A program made the position numbers and the translations under genes. From positions 2,120,031-2,184,030 of the forward strand of contig NW_015168654.1 in the NCBI RefSeq assembly GCF_001447785.1: DNA of 64,000 bases, written 5' to 3'. Shown piece after piece: positions 35,201 to 46,100 of this stretch. The DNA is from Gekko japonicus. Taxonomy: Eukaryota. Within the stretch, counting starts at the first letter, position 1; every line of letters starts with the position of its first letter. A model generated the notes under the pieces. It worked only from the letters and a program-made list of their open reading frames with translations, did no database searches and was not told the origin of the DNA.

Positions 35201-38200
35201 GTGAGAAAGAGAGAAAAGTACTTCTTTCTCTACCTTCTCTGTCCCATTCATCATTCTGTAAACCTCTATCATGTCACCCGTCTTCTCCCCAGTCCTTCTG
35301 GATGCACCTTTTGGGGGAAGAAGCCCTGGTCCCGGACACGCAAGCTTCTCTGGCAGCTAGGCATGGTACTGGGAGCGCCCATGGTGATCTCTCTCGTTGC
35401 TGGCATTGCTGTGCCGGTCATCACCCTAGGGATACCCATCTACATGGGGAAAAAGGTAAGGCATTTCACTCCTCCACCCCCAATAGCAGGAACTCCTCAA
35501 GAGCATTGCTGCAATGCTCTTCCAGGCCTAGTGGTGGAAGCAACACTTAGGGGTTCTCTCGACTTAGCATTCCCTTTCCAAGCCTCAATACCTTCCCTCC
35601 CTCAAGGTTCTGAGCCACGGACGCAAGAGCAAACTGTCGGTCTGCCAGCAGTGTCTGTCTGTGTCCAGCAGTATTCTTCTGTCCCTCTTTGTGTCACCTG
35701 TAATCACTGCAGTCACTGTAGGTAAGAGTCAAAAAGGTATCTCGGGGGTTGGAAGAGGGTCCTGGATTCACAGAGATGTCCGTTGCATCGCCAATGAACA
35801 GCAAAGGATATCACCTTACTGCCCTTTTGGCAGTGCTGTGTCTGCTAGGCTGACACACACACAGCCTGCTGTCACCCAAAGGGGAGGGTCTCCAAATTAT
35901 TTGGGGGAATTTAGCTCTTAAAGGAGGCCTTTTGCTTAGCAAGAGGGGGTAACAGTGAGACTTCTCCACCAGCTTTTATGGTGATTTTTCCCTTAGAGAA
36001 CCTCTCAGAAATAAACGAGGCTGTTGCTTAACCAAGAAAGGCTGCTTTATTGAGAGAGGAAATTCTAATAAGATCATGCACACATACAGAAACAAATGCA
36101 TACTGGAAAACACACAGGGTACTAGGAAAAATAGAAGGGAGCAGAAATGTAGGAGGGTTCGGGGTGAAGATCAGAGGTCCGTGGAGAAGAGGCTGTGAAG
36201 ATGAAAAGGAACCCAAACGAATTTGGGGGTGAACTGTCACCTTGGGAAGAGTCAGGTCTCATACGAGGCTCTCTGCTCACAGGGGTCGGGGTGCCGCTGA
36301 TGCTCACCTATGTGTATGGAGTGGTGGCGCTCTCTCTGTGCCGGAATCGCTGGGGGTGTGGTGGCACCCGGAGAAAAGCTGGGGAGCTCAGCATGGTGGA
36401 ACTGGAGAACCTTGCCAAATGTACGTGAGTCACTGAAGCAGGTTGAGAAAGGGAAGCCCAAACGTCTGGGGGATGAAGCAGTGGACGCATCACTATCCTT
36501 GGCACGTCACAGTCTCTCTGTTCACCTCCTAAGCTACCTTGAGTGAAACAATCTGTTCTAACTTTGGTGTGAGATGCGAATTTTATTTATTTATTCATTC
36601 ATTCGTTTTTATTTATTTATTTACATTATTTGTGACCTACCTGTCTCACTGGGACTCCAGGAGGATTACACAGGTGTGGGTGAAAGGGAACAACCTTGGC
36701 CAGGGCCAGTGTCAGCATCCCTTGAGGTGGGACGCCTGCCAGGGCCTACTGCTGCCAGCACCCTCTGCCTACTTGCTTGCTAGTGGTCTACTATTCATGA
36801 TCCCTGCTGCATGCACTGCCCGATGCCACTGGGGAAAGGGCTGCAGGCAGTTGTGAGCGTGGGCAGTGGGAGTGTATGTGTGCAGACAAGGGAAGGGGAC
36901 ACACAGACACACAAGCAGATGGGAGTCATGCATGTGGGTGGCAATGGAAGGAGGGCACAAGTGCCTGGTGATGGGCAGAGAAGGAGTGCCTGTGAATTGT
37001 CTGCCCAGTGCCCCCCCCCCCTGGAACCAGCCCTGATCTTGACAAGTTCTCTCCATAATGAAACTGAACAGCCTCCGACCATCAAGATTTTGCCTGTAGG
37101 TTTTGACAGCTCTGTACTGNNNNNNNNNNNNNNNNNNNNNNNNNNNNNNNNNNNNNNNNNNNNNNNNNACCTATTGCAGGCCTTTTCAGCTCTGAAGAAA
37201 GTCATCCTCTGTTGGACTTTCCAATGTTTTGTCAGCTTGATATAAGATGAATTGGTTTTCTAAGGTACCTTGAAGTTTCATATGTGGAATGGAACAAGTC
37301 GGAGCATGCAAAATGTAAATGAGCAATAGAATAATGGGTAGTCCAGTCTTAACAGTTTTGCTAACAGGGAGTCCACTACACTAACACAAGGTTAGAAAAT
37401 GTCTGGCCACGCAGGTGGGTTCAGTTCTGTAGCTGTGATGTTTACAAAGGTTTAGATTCTGTGGTTCTGTTCTGCTAATAGTGGAGTTCTCTGTCAGCAC
37501 AAGGAGACATGGGTTGGATCCAGTGGTCTGCAGGTTCCTCCTCACTGCAGTCCTTTCTTACCTGGGACACTTGATTCCCAGGTTCATGGGATCCATACAG
37601 ACAAACAGCCTTGCTTCAGAATGCAGGAGTGGTGAGGGAAAAGGGGACAGAATTTCCCTCTTCTGTGCTGATGGAAGAGGCAAAAAGGGAGAGTTTTGTC
37701 CCTTACCTTGTTCCCATTGAAGGCTCCCACTGTGGGTAGTACAAATCAAGTTTCTAGGATGGGAAGGGACTGCTGGCGATGGGGAGGAGACAATTTGAGA
37801 AAGATCCACAGCTGTTACAGCTTTCCGTTGGCAGATTGCTGGATCCAGCCCTATGCCTTTTCTGCCATCAACAGTGAAATAGAGTAATAGGACCCAGCCC
37901 TGTATGTGTTATTCTTGTAGCGTTAGTACTGCATGCAGGCATAGAGTGCTAACACAAGAATAACACTCACATGGAATTGAAAGCAGTCGTGTAGTGTCTT
38001 ACTGATTATGATGTCACCTTTAGACAATTCTCTTTGCAATCATGTCCATAAGACTGCTCTACAGGGAGACAACCCTATGGATAAGAGCCCCTTTTGCTCC
38101 TGTGCAATGACAAAAAAATGAATCTGTTGGTCGATTGGTGAGCAGAATTTGAAGACATACAGAAAACTCGATTCTAGCCTGGAAACCCTGACCTAGTTAG

Positions 38201-40125
38201 ACCTATCAGCAGTTCTTGTACTTACAGTAATCAGTCTGTTCTTTGGAATTGTCTAGAAACCCCTCACAACATGAAATTGTTTTTCTTCAGTCTCTCTTCT
38301 GGCTTCTCACTGCATTTTTCAAGTTGTTTCACCATCCCACCCCCCAGCTAGTGGGGTAGATCCAACCAATGTTTCAGCCTATCTTACTCAATTCCCCTTC
38401 TCACTACAGTTCCTGTCCCCACATGGCTTTTCTCTATGCAGCTCTCATGACCCCCCCCCCATAACATTTTTGGGTGGTTAGAGGGGACCCTTCTTCTTTT
38501 TATCCACCCCAGTATTTCCCATTTTCCTTCTTTTCTGCTTCCCTTCCATGTGAACAAACACACTGTTAATGTTCCTACTATTTCTTTTTCATTGTCCCCA
38601 CATATAATATTTTTCTAACTATGGTTACACAGGCAAAAGCTGTTTCTGGGTGTTATATCGACTGAAACATGATCCCAGCATTCTTGTGCCCTAGAGTGGA
38701 GGACTTTAATCTGGAGAACCGGGTTTGATTCCGTACTCCTCCGCCTGAAGCCCGCTGGTTGACCTTGAGTCAGTCACAGTTCTCTCAGAGCTCTCTCAGC
38801 CCCGCCTACCTCACAAGGTGCCTGTTGTGGGGAGAGGAAGATAAGCCACCTTGAGACTCCTTAGTGTGGAGAAAAGCAGGGGGGGTGTTATGAAAACCAA
38901 CTCTTCTCCTTTTCCCCCTCAGGATGTTCTTCTCAAAAGCACCTTACTGCCATTTTTCCCACAGGGGAACGTCTTTGCCCACTGAATAGATATATGTTCA
39001 GCGGTGGTTTCCCCCCCCCTAAAAATTTTTGAGCAAAAAACCTTAATCGGCTTTGAATACTCCCCTAACCAACCAAACAACCCTCTCCTGATAAAGCAGA
39101 TTGCTTCATCCAAGGAGAAACATGAAGCTGCCTTCCACTGAGTCAGAACATTGGTCTGCCTTGGCCAATGTTGTCTACTCCGACTGGTGGCAGCTCTCCA
39201 AGGTCTCAAGTTGTGGTCTTTCACAGCACCTACTTCCCTAATCCTTTCAGCTGAAGATCCCAGCAGGGACTGAACCTGGGACCTTCTGCGTGCCAAGCAG
39301 ATGCCCTCCCCGATGCTTATTTTATTTTATTAGACTAGCATCCCGCCCTCCCCGCAAGCAGGCTCATAACTACTCTACTGTTGCATAAATGCCCTTTCTT
39401 CTCTCTCTGCCTGTTCCAGTGAATGAGCTGCTGTCTGTGCTGCCTACTCCAAGGGCTGCTGAAGTTGGGGGTCTGCCTGCTGCGATGGCGGCTGCCTCAT
39501 TACGTAGCGCTGGTCATAGCCAACATGAGGAGCCGCCACGAAAGCAGCAACACAGCCAGTCCGCCAGCACCGTAGCCCTGGCTGGCAGCATGCTGAGCGA
39601 AGGCCAGGAAACGTCTTACAGGTCAGTGTGCTGGGGAGGGGCAGGGGAGGGCCCAGGCAAAACCTGGCCAGAGGTTGCAGGAAACAAGAAGGGGATATGT
39701 TGCACAGCATCTGGCTATAGTCCTCCACTGTTGCATGGGTAGAACTTGGTGGCTCTGAAGGTACCCCCTGATTTCAAAGCAGGCTCGATGGGAGGAGAGG
39801 TCTTGGGTTCACTCAGGGGCTCAAGGGCCACCTTCTCCTCCACTCCACAAGCCAGTGGGGTCCTACTACCTAAGGCAGAAGGCCACCTACCGATTCTGAA
39901 GTAGGATTCCAAGCACCCCGTGGCGGCTGCAGGCGGGCTCGCCAGCCACTCTTGTTCTCTATCCTTCTCAGGGATGGGCTGAACTTCGAGGTGGAGGTGG
40001 AAGTGGAGCCCCAGGCTTCCTCGGAGCGCAGCCTCTGCAGCGCAGCCTCAGGCCACAGCTTCTCCATGGACTCTCTTGCCTGCACCAGCGACGGCTGCAG
40101 CTTGGCAGGAGCAGTAACAGAATAA
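23252..40125 (+). CDS. RNF19-family RBR (RING1-IBR-RING2) E3 ubiquitin ligase with C-terminal membrane segments, ~530 aa; divergent RNF19A/RNF19B paralog. Exons: 23252-23715, 32235-32440, 32709-32859, 35293-35455, 35607-35721, 36283-36420, 39420-39621, 39972-40125
   Basis: RING1 [36 protein letters not shown]; [31 protein letters not shown]; RING2 [32 protein letters not shown]; RNF19 signature [15 protein letters not shown]; two hydrophobic stretches. All introns GT-AG, phases give an uninterrupted 1593-nt ORF. Confidence 0.92.
24210..25295. mobile_element. Cluster of CR1 LINE 3' fragments in alternating orientation (~24210-24495 +, ~24662-25110 -, ~25110-25295 +)
   Basis: [14 protein letters not shown] motif and (TTCTTATG)n / AAGAACATAAG tails. 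Confidence 0.75.
26515..26735 (-). mobile_element. 5S rRNA-derived SINE (5S-Sauria-like)
   Basis: Reverse complement contains 5S-like GATCTCAGAAGCGAAGCAGGG..CTGGTTAGTATTTGGATAGGAGACC followed by GGCAATGGCAAACCACCTCTG; sister copy ~44370-44530 (+). Confidence 0.7.
27321..27540. mobile_element. hAT-type MITE, 8-bp TSD TAAGCAGC
   Basis: TIR CAGGGCCGGC / GCCGGCCCTG; perfect TSD. Confidence 0.88.
27920..28132 (+). mobile_element. tRNA-derived SINE, near full length
   Basis: Head GGCTCAGTGGTAGAGCATCTGC with B-box-like sequence, tail CAGCTTCATGTGTTC; about 10 copies in the window (865, 8495, 10480, 25760, 39120, 45425, 51930, 60135, 61345). Confidence 0.8.
28170..28560 (-). mobile_element. L1-like LINE ORF2 C-terminal / 3' fragment
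   Basis: [23 protein letters not shown] peptide and A-rich 3' end on the minus strand; family assignment by resemblance only. Confidence 0.5.
28561..29783 (+). mobile_element. L2-clade LINE, 5'-truncated RT and 3' end
   Basis: [49 protein letters not shown]; (TAAA)n tail; in-frame stop near 28795. Confidence 0.9.
30678..31093. mobile_element. hAT-type MITE, 8-bp TSD CTTCTAAG, carrying a Penelope-like fragment
   Basis: TIR CAGGGGTCATTT / AAATGACCCCTG; perfect TSD. Confidence 0.85.
34810..35280 (-). mobile_element. CR1 LINE 3' fragment abutting the acceptor of an RNF19-like exon
   Basis: [34 protein letters not shown] and AAGAACATAAG tail. Confidence 0.85.
37120..37168. other. Assembly gap (N run) in an intron of the RNF19-like gene
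   Basis: Run of n. Confidence 0.99.
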
Positions 40126-40303
40126 AGCAGCTTCACACGGAGCCACACAAGATGCCAAGGACCTGGGAATCACCTGTTGCTGGTCTGCAGCCCATGCTGG
40201 ATCTGTCTCCCCTCGCTCCTCCAACTCCTCCTCCTCACAATGCCTTGCATCTCTAGCTCCTTCCCAGCCTTCAACTGCAGCTCGGAACTTGGTGCTTTGA
40301 GGC

Positions 40304-40309
40304 AATAAA
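40304..40309 (+). terminator. Candidate polyadenylation signal (AATAAA) for the RNF19-like gene
   Basis: About 180 nt after the stop, followed by GT/T-rich sequence; a second AATAAA overlaps the stop codon (40121-40126). Confidence 0.5.
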
Positions 40310-43110
40310 CCTGCAACCCACAGAAGAGCCCTGCCGACCCTCCGTTGCCGTTTTCTGGTGTCCACTCCCATGCTTTACCTACCAAGAATGGGGAAGTGAC
40401 CTTGCTCAGAGGAGGATAACACTACGCCTCCAAGCCTTGGGAGCTCCATGCTAGAGAACCTGCTTCACCTGCAAAAGGTCTTGGCTTCAGACCCTGACAT
40501 CTTCTCTTAAAAATACCTAGTGTAGCAAGGTTTCCTGGAATCTGGGAGAGGTGTAGACAGGATGGGGGTAGAATGTTTCAGTGATGTAAGGGTCACTTCC
40601 TATATTTGGCCCTTGGAGGGAGAGATGAGACATCAGGAGAAGGTAAGGAAAGAGGCTGGTTGGTGCAAATAAGGCACAGCTCCTGCAACAGAGTCACATT
40701 TGACATGGCCAGGAGTTATAGGGTAAGAGAACAGGTCCTTTTAAGAGTCGCTCTGTAAATGCTAAGGATCTGAAGCCTAGCAAAGACCCAGGTGTCTATC
40801 TCTCTTTGACATGGCAGTGAACTGCCCTGCTTGGAGCATCTCTCCGCACCACCCCTGCAGAGGCCCCATGTTCTTCCTAGTGTTACAAGGACAATGACTC
40901 TGAGAACCAGAATGGTGTACTGCTTGGCCTGCTACACAAGGACCACAGAAGCCTAATAGGGAGGTTGAGAACATGGAACAGAGAAGGGGAGTTTCTAAGG
41001 GGGAAAGGTGTGCTAACAGTGTGATGGACAGACCCTACCCACACCCACACCTCCTGAACACCGTCTGACCACTCAGATTGCCCACTTGCTATGAAATGGC
41101 TTGACTGCTAGCTCTGACCCAGCCCTTGGTGAGAAACAGGGAGGAAAGAGGTAGTCAAGGGAAACAAAGGGGTGTATGTTAAGTAAAAACAAACACACAG
41201 GAATAAAAGGAGTTTGTCACAATGGAAGTAAGTTGTGAACAGGCTACGCAAGCTGTGAGTTCCCCAGAATGGCACTATTTAGTTTACTCATGACCTGGAG
41301 GTGGGGTAAGCAGGGGTCCACACTCAGGCAGGATTTTTTTTTTAATCCTTTAAGAGTTTGGAGAAGGACAAGGACTTTTTCAGACCATCATTAATGTGGC
41401 TGTGTTCCAAAAGCCAGCATGAAATGCAGGGATATTGGGAGAGGGCAGGGAATCCCCCTGACCCTAACACTGAGTTTCAGCACAGTTCAAAAAGTTAGCA
41501 AGCGGCTGCTTTCCAAACCTTTCTGATACAGAGCATAACAAAGTTTGGACTCCTTGTTGCAAAATGAACAGGGCAGGACTCCTTAGGCAACTCCAAAGCT
41601 CAGCTTTTTACCTCTATTAAAGCTCAGCAGCCCTCTGGAGGGGCAGTCAGTGATAGCTGATCCGCAGAGGCACAGGGGTTTGCATTGAGGAAACTCAGGT
41701 TAATGCTGGCACCAACATTACTGAGGATGATACTGAGGATACTGAAAACCCAAACAAGCTGCAAAATGGCACTACAATGCGCTCTGCAGCCTGAGTAAAC
41801 AAGCAGCAAAGTGGCCAATGAGATTCAAGTGTGAAATAATTCAGGTTGGGGCCAAGAAATGATAGGGACCTTGGTGGCTAACTCACTGAAAACACTGATT
41901 CAGTGAGCAGCAGTAAAATCAGCAACTCCCTAATGCCCTCTGCTGCATAGATATAAGGTGCAGCAGCATCTGAAATACTGTCTACGGTTCTGGTCACATT
42001 AAAAATAATATCACAGAGCTAGGAAGGGGCAACCATGCTGATCACGAGTGAAGCAATTTCCTTCCAAAAGAAAGAGTCAAGTACTTAGGGTTTACCTTAC
42101 AAAATCCCCTCCCACAAACTGTGGTGACACAAGAGTCTTATCTGTAGCTTTCAGCCACAGCCAAAAAATATGATCTTCCACCCTCAGAGGTAAGAATCTG
42201 GATGATCAGACACTGGAAAATGAGCTCCCTGATGCTCCCATCACATTTGGGATAACCTGTAGGGTACCTAACAATTGCTGGAGGTGGACCACTACAAAAT
42301 TCAGGGAACAAAGATACTCCAAGATCCTCCCCTACTCTTGTACTGTATGCCTAATCCCCCCCCACCCCCCGTGGACCATCAAGGAAAAGAGGGGGGACAT
42401 CTTAAATTTGCATACAAGTATGTACAGTGATTTTTAAAAACTGTGTATGACATTTGAGGGAGGGTCACCTTCCTTTCATGTTCGTATACCTCCCATTCTG
42501 CATGCCTTTCTGGATGCCACCCCCACCCCTCTGCCCGTAAGACATGCAGGCAGTTTCGTGAAAGGTCCCTTTCCCGTACAAAAAGCACAGAGGCACAGCT
42601 CAGTTTTTGGTCTTTTAGTTTGAAAAAAATTTCACTGAAAGTGAACAACACAGAATGAGGCTTGGTGGCCAATTTCCATTTTTTTGGGGGGGAGGGGCAG
42701 CCAGTCCCACAAAGAAAACCAGGAGGGCTTTAAATGGAGAGGGAGGGGTGCAGATCAGAAACCTCCACAATGGAACAACTGCTTCCTGCCGACAGAAGAC
42801 ATCACAGGCACGGGAATGGCAACAACCACACGGAGACGCTGCAGGGCAAGGTAGGTGGAGGGGAGGCTTCTGGGCCCTGACCGGCCCTGCCCCTCCCCGC
42901 CATTCATTCTTTGGAATGGTTTCAAAGAACAGCGGGACCAACATGAACCCCAAATTCTCAACTCCCCCCCACCCCCCCCGCAATGACACAGACGAACTGG
43001 GCCTCCCTAAGGCTAAAAAAAAGGCCTAAATCGGGCATCGAGAGTTCAGCATTGCTTAGAAAAACAAGAGTCCAGTGAGAGCTTGGGCAATTCCCAGCCC
43101 AACTTCGCTG

Positions 43111-46100
43111 CTAGTCCTGCTTGGCCTTCTTGCTGCAGCTCTCTTCCGTGGGGGCAGCCGCGGCTGTGTTGTCCTCAAGTTTCCGTTTGCCACCCTCGGC
43201 AGGGAGGGCCTGGCCAGGGCGGGGCTTGAATGAGATGATGATGCAGGTCATGTTGTCACAGCCTGTTCCATCACCGGATGTATCAGGAGCCAAGCAGCGG
43301 TCCAGGAGCTGGGGGCAGAAGCAGCAGAGGATGAGTCTCATCGTTACTGACCGTCGTTGAGCAGTCTGTGGACTCCCTTCCAGAAGGAGCCTGCATGGCA
43401 GAGCGGTCTCTGCTAGGGTTGCCAAGTCCTACCTTGGCTGCAGCGGAATTCTTTGGTGCAACGTCATCCGGAAGTGACATCATCGCGTCGGGCTCATTGG
43501 GAGCAGGGCCACTATCATTCAAGGGAAAACCATAGAGTTTTCCCTCGAATGCTAGAGTGTCCCCCTGCAACGTGCCCGATGCGATGATGACACCTCCGGG
43601 TGACGTCATCACGCCGGGCACGTCTCCGTGCTCCCAGCACTTTGGGGGTGGGGTTCCCCCTGGCGGTCCAAATCGGGCCGGCGGGGAATGGACCCATTGA
43701 GCGGGGTCCCCCCCCCCACCGGAGACCTGGCAACCCTAGTCTCCGCTAAGGTACCCAAATGTGTACCTGTGCTCAACCAGATGTGAATGCACAAATGTAA
43801 CAATAGTTTGTCAGGAAGCCCGGAGTAAGCTTCACAGGCTTAACCTGGTGAGTTGACATTGAGGGTATAGAGTCCTCTTTAGGCACAGAAGTTCAATATC
43901 AGGCCTTGTGACTGGTGGACTGTAACGCCTCTGGAGTGGCTACCCCCAGTACGGATTGTAGGACTCCCAGCTCTAGCAACAGAGACAGCAAGCATCCTGC
44001 AGTCTCAAGACGGCCCCCTACAATCCTAGTCAGACCCTGCCAATATTGATCATTGAACGCACCAATTTTCAACAGCAGCCTGCCGAAACCACTGCAGAGA
44101 GCAGCAATTATAACTGGGAAGAAGGTCAGAGTCCACTGCGCCAGATGTATGACGTGCTTCTACCGAAGTCCGCAGGGGACGGAGGGCATTACGAAGGGAG
44201 GGCAAACTGTTCAAAACACTGGTGTGGTACAATTATCATGCAGATGACAACAAGATCCAGTTAAAAGCATAAAGGATCCCTTTCAAATAGGCATCGGCCA
44301 CCCGGTCCACATCTTTATGCTTCTGATTGGATCTTGTTTTCATTTGCATGGAAGTGTAGCACAAACCCAAACCTGGATGGCCCAGGCTAGCCTGGTCTCG
44401 TCAGACCTTGGCCGCTAAGCAGGGCCAGCCCTGCCTAGGCTTTGGATGGGAGACCACCCAGGAGAGTTCAGGCTCACAATGCAGAGGCAGGCGCAGGCAA
44501 AGGCAAACCACCTCTGTCCATCTCTTGAGAATGTCACAGCCACCACGATGTAGCACACACACACCCCACACCAATGTTCCCTCTAAGCTGTGGAGTCTTG
44601 TGAGCAAAAATTCTACTTTGTGGGCTGCTGACATTAAAGGTGTGAGCGAGCGATTTGGCTCCTGCATCAATTAGTTTGCTCTGGAGCCCTCCTTCCTGAG
44701 CTGAGATAAAAATGTGTGAGCCGGAGGCTAAAAAACTATGAGCTAGCTCACACGAACTCAGCTTAGAGGGAACACTGCCCCACACACTTTCCACTGAAGG
44801 TGACACAATGTGCATTTGAGAAAATGGGCTCTGGCTCACAAGACAGGCTCTGGGTTCTCCCGCAGTGCGCTTGGGACTCTTAATAGCTCATGGGGACTTT
44901 TTTTTTTTTTTGCTGCAACAGAACAACATCAGCCATCCATTCAAACATTTCAGGAATTGGAAATGCCCTCAGAGAAGCCACTTGGACAAATCCTTGCAGG
45001 CGGATGCCTCACTTCAGCTCTCAGTCATGCCTCTCCCAGACCCCACCCTTTGAAGACTCACTTCTTCTACTATGGACGAAAGGGGCCTTAGCTTGTCATT
45101 CTCATCTTTCTCAGTGATCTTGGACTGGACGAAATCCACCACCTCCTGGCTGCTCATGACATTCCTGGGTGGGAGAAGAAAGGGGGGAGTTATCAAAAGT
45201 AGGGGGGAGTTATCAAAAGTAGGGGGGTGCTGCCGTGCTACTCTTACATCCCCCCACCCCTCAAGCGCTGCGGCCTCAGCTTTCCTGAGGGGACAGTACT
45301 GTCGACTCCCTAGCCTCAGGAGCCAGCTGGTGACGGCTTAGTCTGCCGTAGGAACACCCTTAGTCAGTTTGGGGACAGGGGTGAGATGGGAAATGCAAGC
45401 AGGAAGGCCCACTGTTATACAAATAAACATGAAACTGCCTTATACTCAGGGCTATTTTTGGGCAGGAACACACAGGAACGGAGTTCCGGCTGGCTTCAGA
45501 GTTGGCCACGCCCACTACAGCCAAAACCTCTGCGCGAAGGCCTGGAGAGCGACCACCCCCGGTGACTCCGAGGCCTGGAGAGCGACCACCCCCGGTGACT
45601 CCGAGGCGGGCGGGCCAGGGGGGCCCCTGGAAGGATTGGGGAGGCATTTAAAAGCCTCCCCATGTCTTCCCCGGCCTAGCCAAGGGCCGGCAAGCCAAGG
45701 GAAGGCATGGGGGTGTGGCCTAATATGCTAATGACTTCCTGCTGTTGAGTGTGGCCTGTTATGCTAATGAGTTCCTGCTGGGCTTTTTCTACACAAAAAA
45801 AGCCCTTCTTATACTGAATCACACCCTTGGTCCATCAAGGTCAGTACTGTGTACTCAGATGGGCAGTGGGTCGCACACAGAGGCCTTTCTCATCAACTAC
45901 CACCTGGGGATTGAAACTGGACCTTCCGCCTGTCAAGCAGATGCTCTAATCACTGAGCCATCGCCCTTCCCAACCCAGCCTTGGAGCTTCTGCAGCTGCC
46001 CAGCCCCCACCTACCAGATGCCATCGCAGGCAATGACCATAAAATCGTGGTCATCGTTGATTGTCAGCACCTTGATGTCTGGCAGCGCTGAGATCATCTG

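Noticed and set aside
23252-40125. Labelling the RBR gene as RNF19A or RNF19B, or as a pseudogene
   Set aside because: Synteny does not fit either known gene, the sequence is divergent from both as recalled, and the ORF and splice sites are intact; symbol left blank pending phylogeny.
45538-45606. Direct repeats resembling a CRISPR array
   Set aside because: Two adjacent 33-bp units with no spacers, inside a eukaryotic MITE.
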